From: a virus
Strand: one strand, 5' to 3'
UHGV virus genome: UHGV-0115523
Length of the DNA: 25,861 nt
Both the position numbers and the translations under genes were made by a program. Under the pieces are notes generated by a model, which was given only the letters and a program-made list of their open reading frames with translations, did not search any database and was not told the DNA's origin. Of this stretch, positions 8,140 through 16,207 are shown one piece after another; within the stretch, counting starts at the first letter, position 1, and every line of letters begins with the position of its first letter.

Positions 8140-9198
8140 TTACGCTCCGGTTTCTGCTGCTGCGGCGCTGAAGTCGCCAATCTGGATGTTTTCCACCAGT
8201 GCGGCGCAGCGGTAGTCCTCAACCACATAGGCTTCGTTAACGGATTCAAAGTTTTCAATCCGGTCACGTTTCGGGTTGTCGATAACTGAGCGGCGGCGGG
8301 TGTCTTCCTGCCAGTAGATGGACAGGTTATCCAGACGGGTGATCAGCAGTGCATTCGGCGGGAAGAACGGCGCACGCACGGCCTGCAGGCCACCCATGCG
8401 TTTTTGACTGATGATCATATCGGCAGCCAGTTTTTCACTGTTTTCCTGCTCTTTGTTGACCAGCGGGAAATACTTGTCAGACAGCAGTTCACGACCGCAA
8501 ATCACCACCAGATCGTCATCGTCCTGGTAGACCACATCGATAAGCTCATTGACGGCATCCATCACCACGGCGTCCAGGTTGGCATATTCGCCACCTTTCC
8601 CGACTTTCACCGCACCCGGTGTGGTTTCACCGCCCGTGGTGGTGCTGCCCATGACGTGATCCGGTGCATCTTCACGGATTTTCTGCAGCCAGCCTTTGTT
8701 CACATCCTGCAGCAGCGGGTTTTCGCTACGGTTGGAGGTTTTCGCACGCTTCACGCCGTTAAAGCCGATCATGATGCGGTCCAGAGCCTGACGTTTCACG
8801 ATGGCGTCACGGATGCGCACCTGGAAATCCTGAAACTTCGCCCACAGGTCCAGCTTCGCGTAGGTCAGCACCGTGTCAAAGTTGGTCTGCTCGCATTTAT
8901 ATTCCACATCGACCATCAGCGTCGGATCGACAGGTTCACGCTCTTTCGCGGTGGTGTCAGTGGTTCCGGCAATGGTGCTGCCAACTCCCAGCCCCAGCAG
9001 CTGACCGGACTGCTCAGTCACTGGCGTGACGTTAATCAGCGTCAGGAAAGCGGCGGACTGCTGGATCTGGTCTTCCAGCGTCTGCTGCACAGACGGCTCC
9101 ACAGTGAACTTGCTGGACAGTTCTTCAACTGCCACACCGTTCAGACGCGCCAGCTGCTGCAGGTAAGCGTTAAAAGCAAAGCGGGTATTCTTCTTCAT
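8140..9198 (-). CDS. N: Major capsid protein (P2 gpN-like)
   Basis: 352 aa (P2 gpN is about 357 aa); translation typical of P2-family capsid precursor; synteny. Confidence 0.85.
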   Translation of the reverse strand: MKKNTRFAFNAYLQQLARLNGVAVEELSSKFTVEPSVQQTLEDQIQQSAAFLTLINVTPVTEQSGQLLGLGVGSTIAGTTDTTAKEREPVDPTLMVDVEYKCEQTNFDTVLTYAKLDLWAKFQDFQVRIRDAIVKRQALDRIMIGFNGVKRAKTSNRSENPLLQDVNKGWLQKIREDAPDHVMGSTTTGGETTPGAVKVGKGGEYANLDAVVMDAVNELIDVVYQDDDDLVVICGRELLSDKYFPLVNKEQENSEKLAADMIISQKRMGGLQAVRAPFFPPNALLITRLDNLSIYWQEDTRRRSVIDNPKRDRIENFESVNEAYVVEDYRCAALVENIQIGDFSAAAAETGA

Positions 9199-9214
9199 CG
9201 GGTTTTGTGCTCCA

Positions 9215-10048
9215 TCAGCAATTGGTCAGAGTGTCAGCGGGGGCGTTACCGCCTGTTGCACGCTGGCGGTAGTCCTGGCGGCTGTCTTCATGACTCAGCT
9301 TGTCCACCAGTTCGTTAAAGGCGGTTTGCTGTGCCTGCAGGGCAGTCTCCAGCTCAGACAGGCGTTCTTCCTGCTCAGACAGGGATTTTTCGGTGCGTGC
9401 GCTCAGGTTCTGCTGCTCAGTGGCGACCAGCTCCACGGCCTTATGCACATCAGAGAACCGGGCGTCATCGGACTGCTCTTTTTTGGTAAACAGCGCCGTG
9501 ACACGGGCAAACAGGGACGGTTTTTCCTCCTGGATTTCTTCCAGTTCGATCACCGTTTCCTCTGCAGCGGTAAAAAGATTGGCGGGATTCTGCTTGCGGT
9601 TTGCCAGCGGGTTATGGGCTGCACTGGCGCTGAATGTCAGCATTTCAGTACCCAGACTGGCGGGATCATCAGTGGCAGCCAGGCCGACCAGGTAGGCTTT
9701 GCCCGTATCAGCAAACTTCGGGCTGACTTCCATAGAGGTGAATAATTTCTGGCCTTTTTTCACCAGCTCCACCAGGGACTCTGTTGGCTCAACGTCGGCA
9801 TACAGCGCCATCTTGCCCGCCAGCGGACCTTCCGTGATTTCTTCAGCAAACAATGCCGTCACCTTGCCGTAGCGATTAAAGGTGCTGTCCGGCAGATAAG
9901 ACTTGATGTGCTCAAGGTTAATCAGCGCGGTATACACCGCCGGGTTGTAGCTGGCTGCCATCTGTTCCAGCCATTCACGCTGGATTTCGCGTCCGTCGGT
10001 GGTGGCACCTTCCACCCCGATGCGAAAACGCTTTGCTTTCACTGTCAT
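9215..10048 (-). CDS. O: Capsid scaffolding protein (P2 gpO-like)
   Basis: 277 aa; acidic coiled-coil-rich C-terminal half; divergent from P with a shared late promoter region. Confidence 0.85.
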   Translation of the reverse strand: MTVKAKRFRIGVEGATTDGREIQREWLEQMAASYNPAVYTALINLEHIKSYLPDSTFNRYGKVTALFAEEITEGPLAGKMALYADVEPTESLVELVKKGQKLFTSMEVSPKFADTGKAYLVGLAATDDPASLGTEMLTFSASAAHNPLANRKQNPANLFTAAEETVIELEEIQEEKPSLFARVTALFTKKEQSDDARFSDVHKAVELVATEQQNLSARTEKSLSEQEERLSELETALQAQQTAFNELVDKLSHEDSRQDYRQRATGGNAPADTLTNC

Positions 10049-10126
10049 GAGCCGTGCTCCGTTAGAAAAAACTTACTGGAGCCTTATGGTTGCGGTGATG
10101 GGGGCAGTGAAACAATGCGCGGTATT

Positions 10127-10144
10127 TGTACCGACAACCACACA
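10127..10144. promoter_or_regulatory. Candidate Ogr/Delta/B-type late activator site (TGT-N12-ACA) in the divergent P / O late promoter region
   Basis: TGTaccgacaaccacACA in the 142-bp O-P intergenic region. Confidence 0.45.
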
Positions 10145-10190
10145 AACCGCAGGCGGGGAAAGCCTTCATTCAAGGCTGTAGGTTTGTGCC

Positions 10191-11957
10191 ATGAACACCA
10201 CACTGACACCCGCAGATCTCGATCCCCGTCGGCAGGCCATGCTGCTGTACTTTCAGGGATACCGCGTAGCCCGCATTGCTGAAATGCTGGGCGAGAAAGT
10301 TGCAACCGTTCACAGCTGGAAAAAACGCGACAAATGGGGTGACTATGGGCCGCTGGATCAGATGCAGCTCACCACCGCCGCACGCTACTGCCAGCTCATC
10401 ATGAAGGAGCACAAAGAAGGGAAAGATTTCAAAGAGATTGACCTGCTGGCGCGCCAGTCGGAGCGCCACGCGCGGATCGGCAAGTTTAACAATGGCGGCA
10501 ACGAAGCCGACTTAAACCCTAACGTCGCCAACCGCAACAAAGGCCCGCGCCGTCAGCCGGAAAAGAATGTCTTCACCGATGAACAGATTGAGAAGCTGGA
10601 AGAAATCTTCCATTCCTCCATGTTCAACTACCAGCGCCACTGGTGGGAAGCCGGAAAAACCAACCGCATCCGCAACCTGCTGAAGTCACGCCAGATCGGC
10701 GCGACCTTCTATTTTGCCCGTGAAGCCCTGATTGACGCTCTGCTGACCGGACGTAACCAGATTTTCCTTTCCGCAAGCAAGGCACAGGCCCACGTCTTTA
10801 AGCAGTACATCATCGACTTCGCCAAAGAAGTGGAGGTGGAGCTGAAAGGTGATCCGATGGTGCTTCCCAACGGGGCCACGCTTTACTTCCTCGGCACCAA
10901 TGCCCGCACGGCCCAGAGTTATCACGGCAACCTGTATCTGGATGAATATTTCTGGATACCGAAATTCCAGGAGCTGCGCAAAGTGGCTTCCGGTATGGCT
11001 ATTCACAAGAAATGGCGACAGACCTATTTTTCCACGCCATCCAGTCTGACACACAGTGCTTATCCGTTCTGGTCCGGTGCGCTGTTCAACCGTGGGCGCA
11101 ACAAAGCTGACAAGGTGGACATCGACCTGTCCCACAGCAATCTGGCCCCCGGCCTGCTGTGCGCAGACGGGCAATACCGCCAGATAGTCACCGTGGAAGA
11201 TGCGGTGCGCGGCGGCTGTAACCTGTTCGACCTTGACCAGTTGCGCATGGAGTACAGCCCGGACGAATACCAGAACCTGCTGATGTGTGAGTTCGTGGAC
11301 GATCTCGCGTCCGTGTTCCCGCTCAGCGAGCTGCAGGCGTGCATGGTGGACAGCTGGGAAGTCTGGACCGACTTTCATGCACTGGCTCTGCGCCCGTTTG
11401 GCTGGCGCGAAGTGTGGATCGGTTATGACCCGGCAAAAGGTACGCAAAACGGCGACAGCGCCGGATGCGTGGTGGTGGCACCGCCAGCCGTGCCGGGCGG
11501 CAAGTTTCGCATTCTTGAGCGTCACCAGTGGCGCGGGATGGACTTCCGCGCCCAGGCTGACGCGATCAAAAAACTGACCGAACAGTACAACGTGACCTAT
11601 ATCGGTATCGACTCGACCGGCGTTGGTCACGGGGTTTATGAGAACGTGAAAGCGTTCTTTCCTGCCGTCCGGGAGTTTGTCTACAACCCCAACGTTAAAA
11701 ACGCCCTGGTACTCAAGGCCTACGACATTATCAGCCACCGCCGTCTGGAGTTTGACGCCGGGCACACCGACATTGCGCAGTCATTTATGGCAATCCGTCG
11801 CGCCACCACCGCCAGCGGCAACCGCCCGACCTATGAAGCCAACCGCAGCGAAGAAGCCAGCCATGCCGATCTGGCCTGGGCAACAATGCACGCACTGTTT
11901 AACGAACCGCTGCAGGGCGAGTCCGCCAATACCAGCAATATTGTGGAGATTTTTTGA
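10191..11957 (+). CDS. P: Terminase ATPase (large) subunit (P2 gpP-like)
   Basis: 588 aa (P2 gpP is about 590 aa); N-terminus MNTTLTPADLDPRRQAMLLYFQGYRVARIAEMLGEKVATVHSWKKRDKW; stop overlaps the Q start. Confidence 0.9.
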   Translation: MNTTLTPADLDPRRQAMLLYFQGYRVARIAEMLGEKVATVHSWKKRDKWGDYGPLDQMQLTTAARYCQLIMKEHKEGKDFKEIDLLARQSERHARIGKFNNGGNEADLNPNVANRNKGPRRQPEKNVFTDEQIEKLEEIFHSSMFNYQRHWWEAGKTNRIRNLLKSRQIGATFYFAREALIDALLTGRNQIFLSASKAQAHVFKQYIIDFAKEVEVELKGDPMVLPNGATLYFLGTNARTAQSYHGNLYLDEYFWIPKFQELRKVASGMAIHKKWRQTYFSTPSSLTHSAYPFWSGALFNRGRNKADKVDIDLSHSNLAPGLLCADGQYRQIVTVEDAVRGGCNLFDLDQLRMEYSPDEYQNLLMCEFVDDLASVFPLSELQACMVDSWEVWTDFHALALRPFGWREVWIGYDPAKGTQNGDSAGCVVVAPPAVPGGKFRILERHQWRGMDFRAQADAIKKLTEQYNVTYIGIDSTGVGHGVYENVKAFFPAVREFVYNPNVKNALVLKAYDIISHRRLEFDAGHTDIAQSFMAIRRATTASGNRPTYEANRSEEASHADLAWATMHALFNEPLQGESANTSNIVEIF

Positions 11958-12985
11958 TGGGAAAGAGTAAGAAGAACCGCGCTGCGGCGACGAATCAGAT
12001 CCAGTATAAAAAACAAACTTCAGCCGAAGCATTCAGCTTCGGTGATCCCGTTCCTGTTCTGGACCGCCGCGAATTACTGGACTATGTGGAATGCGTACAG
12101 ACAGATCGCTGGTATGAGCCGCCAGTAAGCTTTGACGGACTGGCGCGCACCTTCCGCGCCGCCGTGCATCACAGTTCACCAATTGCGGTGAAATGCAACA
12201 TTCTGACCAGTACCTACATCCCTCACCCGCTGCTCAGCCAGCAGGCTTTTTCACGTTTTGTGCAGGACTATCTGGTATTTGGTAACGCCTACCTGGAGAA
12301 ACGCACGAACCGCTTCGGTGAAATTATCGCCTTTGAACCTGCCCTGGCAAAATACACACGACGCGGGTTAGACCTGGATACCTACTGGTTTGTGCAATAC
12401 GGTATGACAACCCAGCCGTATCAGTTCACGAAAGGCAGCATTTTTCATCTGATGGAACCGGACATCAACCAGGAGATCTACGGCCTGCCCGGTTATCTTT
12501 CTGCCATTCCGTCAGCCCTGCTCAACGAGTCCGCCACGCTGTTCCGCCGGAAGTATTACATTAACGGCAGTCATGCAGGCTTCATCATGTACATGACCGA
12601 CGCCGCACAAAACCAGGAGGATGTGAACAACCTCCGCAACGCGATGAAAAGCGCCAAAGGCCCAGGTAACTTCCGCAACCTGTTTATGTACTCGCCTAAC
12701 GGCAAAAAGGACGGGCTTCAGATCATCCCGTTGTCAGAAGTCGCGGCGAAGGATGAGTTTCTGAATATCAAAAATGTCAGCCGCGATGACATGATGGCTG
12801 CGCACCGCGTACCGCCTCAGATGATGGGGATTATGCCAAATAATGTAGGGGGGTTTGGAGATGTGGAGAAGGCTAGTAAGGTATTTGTACGCAACGAACT
12901 GATGCCGCTTCAAAAGCGCTTCGAGGAATTGAATAGTTGGGTAGGAAAATCTGTGGTCAACTTTAACACTTATATATTATCTTAA
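11954..12985 (+). CDS. Q: Portal protein (P2 gpQ-like)
   Basis: 343 aa (P2 gpQ is about 344 aa); P-Q on the strand opposite to O-N-M-L, as in P2. Confidence 0.9.
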   Translation: MMGKSKKNRAAATNQIQYKKQTSAEAFSFGDPVPVLDRRELLDYVECVQTDRWYEPPVSFDGLARTFRAAVHHSSPIAVKCNILTSTYIPHPLLSQQAFSRFVQDYLVFGNAYLEKRTNRFGEIIAFEPALAKYTRRGLDLDTYWFVQYGMTTQPYQFTKGSIFHLMEPDINQEIYGLPGYLSAIPSALLNESATLFRRKYYINGSHAGFIMYMTDAAQNQEDVNNLRNAMKSAKGPGNFRNLFMYSPNGKKDGLQIIPLSEVAAKDEFLNIKNVSRDDMMAAHRVPPQMMGIMPNNVGGFGDVEKASKVFVRNELMPLQKRFEELNSWVGKSVVNFNTYILS

Positions 12986-12986
12986 T

Positions 12987-13029
12987 AAACATCTCTTGCA
13001 GGAAACTTCCCTGCAAGAGATGTTTTGCA
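12987..13029. terminator. Bidirectional intrinsic terminator between convergent Q and the cargo operon
   Basis: Perfect 15-16 bp inverted repeat aaacatctcttgcagg / cctgcaagagatgttt around a 7-nt loop, flanked by T-runs on both strands. Confidence 0.65.
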
Positions 13030-13036
13030 ATGACAC

Positions 13037-13318
13037 TCAAAAAGATAATAATCGCCCCCCAACATTTTCGATAAAATCTAACTCTAACTCCTCCATATCG
13101 GATATTATCATGAGATGAATAGGCAATATCAATTGAAGTTTATTTATTTTCATTCTCAAAAGAATAACATCTGGAACATAACCAACGATTAAAATATCGA
13201 TGTCATTGGCTTCATCGATACTTTTGAGTGCGGAGCCAAACAAATAAACCCGGACTCCATACAAGCAATGCTCCAAAATAATATCACAAACAGCTTCAGT
13301 TATAACTGATAAATTCAT
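13037..13318 (-). CDS. Minimal nucleotidyltransferase (MNT, Pol-beta superfamily) domain protein, about 93 aa; start trimmed to the Met that overlaps the upstream stop
   Basis: Motif LFGSALKSIDEANDIDILIV fits hG[GS]-x9-DhD; ATG at 13316-13318 overlaps the upstream TGA (TGATG coupling); AT-rich. Confidence 0.6.
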   Translation of the reverse strand: MNLSVITEAVCDIILEHCLYGVRVYLFGSALKSIDEANDIDILIVGYVPDVILLRMKINKLQLILPIHLMIISDMEELELDFIENVGGRLLSF

Positions 13319-13968
13319 CACTTCGAAATTCGACTCAGCAAATCTCCCCATTTGAATATTTCAATATTCATACTTCGGGCTGCAATGGTAGCCTCATGGG
13401 TAATTCTACTATAAGGGTTAGACGATAAAATAATATCGCAACCGCCATGTATCTGACATGCAGTGCGCACAGCCTCTGCACTCAAATCATAATCATTCAC
13501 GGAAAGAATAATCAAACTTGGTCCTGAACACCTTTCAACCATATATTTTTTATTGGTCAACCTTTCGACACTGCTGACATCAGAGTGTTGACGGAGTCCA
13601 CGGATAATAAATTTATTTTCTTTATCAAGATGTTCACTGATATTTTCTAAATCTAAACCCGTTGAAAAACGTCCAAAAGAATCATATGCAATCCCTTTTG
13701 ACCGTAGCAACTCAATTGCATCTCCAGACATAAATAACAAATCGCCTTGAATAATTAGTATATTTAATTCTTTATCATTCAAATATTCATTTAAATCGGA
13801 TAGTTCTATTCTTCCTGCATTTACAGCACCAACAAGATATATCTCCCCATTCCTTGTTGTTACCGTTAAAGTTTGATTGTCATGTTCTATAACATTATCA
13901 ACACTATGTTTAGTGCATAACTTTTTATTCATCCAATTAATAAAATTCTGACTCATTCCAATGCTCAT
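13318..13968 (-). CDS. Hypothetical 216-aa protein, middle gene of the cargo operon (contains an RGLRQH stretch; function unknown)
   Basis: Long ORF tightly coupled to flanking genes (3-nt gap upstream, 1-nt overlap downstream); AGGGTGA RBS; AT-rich. Confidence 0.5.
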   Translation of the reverse strand: MSIGMSQNFINWMNKKLCTKHSVDNVIEHDNQTLTVTTRNGEIYLVGAVNAGRIELSDLNEYLNDKELNILIIQGDLLFMSGDAIELLRSKGIAYDSFGRFSTGLDLENISEHLDKENKFIIRGLRQHSDVSSVERLTNKKYMVERCSGPSLIILSVNDYDLSAEAVRTACQIHGGCDIILSSNPYSRITHEATIAARSMNIEIFKWGDLLSRISK

Positions 13969-13971
13969 AAC

Positions 13972-14667
13972 TCACCCTTTAAATAAATCAATTGCTTCAG
14001 GAGGGAATTTCTCACCATTATCACATGTTAACTCTAAATGTTTTGATTCAAAATCATCAACATGCATGCAAAGCTTAACAAAAACATCTTTTTCATCTTC
14101 ATGAATTAATTGATAATTTTTATCAATTAGTCTTATAATTTTTCTGTTATTAGGTAGGATATGTGTTTGGATTTTCCTTAACCATATATTTACTTGCGGA
14201 CTTTCAGGGTTTAGTGCTGCCTCTGATTGGGGTCCATACGTATTAAATATTACTTTATTTTCCCTAAACAACTTATCAAGCTCAGCATGTACCTCTTCAC
14301 GGCTATCAAACTCACGAACTCCAAAGGTTGCATTAATTTTCGCGATATGCTCTCCTTTCCATCCCCTGATAATTTCATCCGTATAATAATTCTCAGCTTT
14401 ATCTATTTTAGTATGACAATTAGCGCAAAGAAGAATTATATTATCAAAATACCCTCTCTCTTCGGCAGTTAATTCCGTATTAGTTCTAGGCCCATTATCA
14501 ATTGCACTGAATATATGCGCCAATTCACCAATTGTAATAATTTTATCTCCAGCATCTTCGAACAACGGTTCAAGACATTTAGGGTTCTGGCAATACCCAC
14601 CTGAACTTGCGAAGAGCTTCCTGACTGTGATTGATCCGGGACTAGCCCGCCCTCGTGAACATGCCAT
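13972..14667 (-). CDS. HNH nuclease-domain protein (N-terminal HNH motif plus about 140-aa C-terminal domain of unknown function)
   Basis: CQNPKC ... ELAHI ... FDNIILLCANCH gives the CxxC...H...N...CxxCH HNH signature; AGGAGA RBS; first gene of the three-gene operon. Confidence 0.65.
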   Translation of the reverse strand: MACSRGRASPGSITVRKLFASSGGYCQNPKCLEPLFEDAGDKIITIGELAHIFSAIDNGPRTNTELTAEERGYFDNIILLCANCHTKIDKAENYYTDEIIRGWKGEHIAKINATFGVREFDSREEVHAELDKLFRENKVIFNTYGPQSEAALNPESPQVNIWLRKIQTHILPNNRKIIRLIDKNYQLIHEDEKDVFVKLCMHVDDFESKHLELTCDNGEKFPPEAIDLFKG

Positions 14668-14786
14668 TTCGTATCTCCTGATTGGGTTCGAATTTTACAA
14701 TAAATTATGATAATCAAACAAATTTAGCTAGCAAATAAATTTCCTATGTCGTTTAATTTCCCTAGCGTTTTAATATCAAGCGCGCG

Positions 14787-14805
14787 CTCGTATCCCCGCC
14801 ACGCC
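14787..14805 (-). other. Candidate cos (cohesive end) site of the P2/186 type
   Basis: Minus-strand GGCGTGGCGGGGATACGAG resembles the remembered 19-nt cohesive ends of 186 (GGCGTGGCGGGGAAAGCAT) and P2 (GGCGAGGCGGGGAAAGCAC); lies at the expected place beyond the 3' end of Q. Confidence 0.5.
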
Positions 14806-15147
14806 TGCCCGCTTTATGTAGTGGTTTTCATGCAGGTGCATGATCTACGCAAAAGCCCGCCAGTTCTGGCGGGCCTTAGCAAAAACGATCCTCAAACGAT
14901 CATGCAATCTCATGCAGCATAGACATGCACAGACGAGTAAAGCGAATCGGACCTTACGCAAGGTGAACTCCTCAGCGGGCATAATCAGTATGTCGGAAGA
15001 TCTCTAAAAATAAATAATTCGGTTAACAGGTATGCTTACAAAAGCATATATTTGATTAAAAATCATGTAAGGGGGAGGATCTCAAACTGAATCGCCACGG
15101 GTTTTACAAATTTCGATAGTCTCTCTAACGTTTCGGCTGAGGTCAAA

Positions 15148-15573
15148 ATGAAAAGCTTTTACGTATTAATTTTAATTCTGGTTGCAAGCTTTGTTAGCGT
15201 CCCAGTTCAGGCGGTAACAGCTAAAAACTATGAGAAAGGAACTAAAGCTCAACAGAAATCAATATCTTACCTTTCATGTGCATTCTATGGCAGTAGCACA
15301 CAATTAGATCCTAGCTACACGGAGCAAGTACCTACAGCCGATATCAAGATATTACAGAAAGCAGCTTACCACGCTTACAACGATGCGCTCTCATACTTTG
15401 GCTATGAGGAACCAGATCACGAACAACGCATAATTGATTATGCTGAATTTGTGGCGTCGCAAGAAGCTGTGTTATGGGATAAGCCGGGAATGAATGGAAA
15501 GCAGGTAACACTAATTGCTCGTTCTCTCTACAATGAGAGTAACTGTAACTTGTTACTGGACTCAATTAAGTAG
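15148..15573 (+). CDS. Secreted or periplasmic hypothetical protein with cleavable signal peptide (cargo)
   Basis: N-terminus MKSFYVLILILVASFVSVPVQA then mature domain; GAGGT RBS; AT-rich. Confidence 0.55.
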   Translation: MKSFYVLILILVASFVSVPVQAVTAKNYEKGTKAQQKSISYLSCAFYGSSTQLDPSYTEQVPTADIKILQKAAYHAYNDALSYFGYEEPDHEQRIIDYAEFVASQEAVLWDKPGMNGKQVTLIARSLYNESNCNLLLDSIK

Positions 15574-15732
15574 GAAAAAGATGGTATTTTGCCCGTAGTT
15601 TCAACCTTAATCTCCGAACCTGTCGCAGAACGGGCGTTCACTCATCAAATAAACGCCACACCTAACGCCTCACTGTACTCGTTGTTCAACCTTGCTGACG
15701 CCAGAACCAAGTTCAGACGCCAGCAACTTTTC

Positions 15733-15966
15733 TTAATGCAGCCAGCTGTCGTCTTCCCACACCTTCTGCATAATCTTCATCACTTGTTTTCTTTCTTCGT
15801 CCAGTTGCAGTCCGGTCAGTTCCACACCGTTAGAGCTACCTTTGCGGATGCGAATTACCATTTTGGGATACAGGGGGCGCAGATTGCGGTAAAGCTCGGA
15901 TTCAAGGGCGTCCAGGGTAGACTGGCTAATCTTCTGCTCTTTATCGATCATTATTTCAATGCGCAT
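15733..15966 (-). CDS. DinI-family protein (about 77 aa)
   Basis: MRIEIMIDKEQKISQSTLDALESELYRNLRPLYPKMVIRIRKGSSNGVELTGLQLDEERKQVMKIMQKVWEDDSWLH matches the DinI pattern (MRIE..., acidic W-containing C-terminus); GAGGTG RBS; the ORF-track frame extends upstream to 16038 but that start is less likely. Confidence 0.65.
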   Translation of the reverse strand: MRIEIMIDKEQKISQSTLDALESELYRNLRPLYPKMVIRIRKGSSNGVELTGLQLDEERKQVMKIMQKVWEDDSWLH

Positions 15967-15976
15967 AAAGGTCACC

Positions 15977-16165
15977 TCAGCTGATGACATCCATTGAGCG
16001 GTTGTATTCGTGGGTTCTGATTTTTGCCATGAGTTCATCAGTCAATTCAGAAACCCACTGCAGAGCCAGCCCCTTCTCTTCATCACTACACTCACTAGCC
16101 GCTACAAGCTTAAGAAAAAAATCAATGCGCTGGAGCTTCAAAGACTCCAAAAAATAGTCCTGCAT
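15977..16165 (-). CDS. Small 62-aa protein, first gene of a LexA-box-controlled cassette
   Basis: Strong AGGAGG RBS 7 nt upstream of the ATG; LexA box 43-58 bp upstream; stop 10 nt before the DinI-like start. Confidence 0.5.
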   Translation of the reverse strand: MQDYFLESLKLQRIDFFLKLVAASECSDEEKGLALQWVSELTDELMAKIRTHEYNRSMDVIS

Positions 16166-16207
16166 CTTTCCTCCTATGACACCAAAGTAATACTGTATAT
16201 ATAACCA

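Noticed and set aside
8404-9318. 304-aa plus-strand ORF antisense to capsid gene N
   Set aside because: Opposite strand of the highly confident capsid gene; His/Arg/Gln-rich composition typical of a spurious frame.
10686-11765. 359-aa minus-strand ORF antisense to terminase P
   Set aside because: Contained within the terminase ATPase gene on the other strand; no independent support.
13037-13351. Longer 104-aa start for the nucleotidyltransferase gene
   Set aside because: That start would overlap the upstream gene by 34 nt; the Met at 13316-13318 gives classic TGATG stop-start coupling and still contains the complete NTase motif.
13972-14667. HNH protein as a terminase-associated packaging nuclease (HK97 gp74-like) because it sits near cos
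   Set aside because: Not fully excluded, but P2-family phages cut cos with the M/P terminase alone. This protein is on the far side of a terminator from Q, is AT-rich cargo, has an extra C-terminal domain and is operonic with an NTase, all of which favour an accessory module.
15733-16038. 101-aa extended frame of the DinI-like gene, overlapping the 62-aa upstream gene
   Set aside because: The internal ATG at 15964-15966 has a proper GAGGTG RBS and yields a canonical DinI-length protein; the longer frame would overlap the upstream gene and is more likely an ORF-finder extension. A split Tum-like gene remains possible (see findings).
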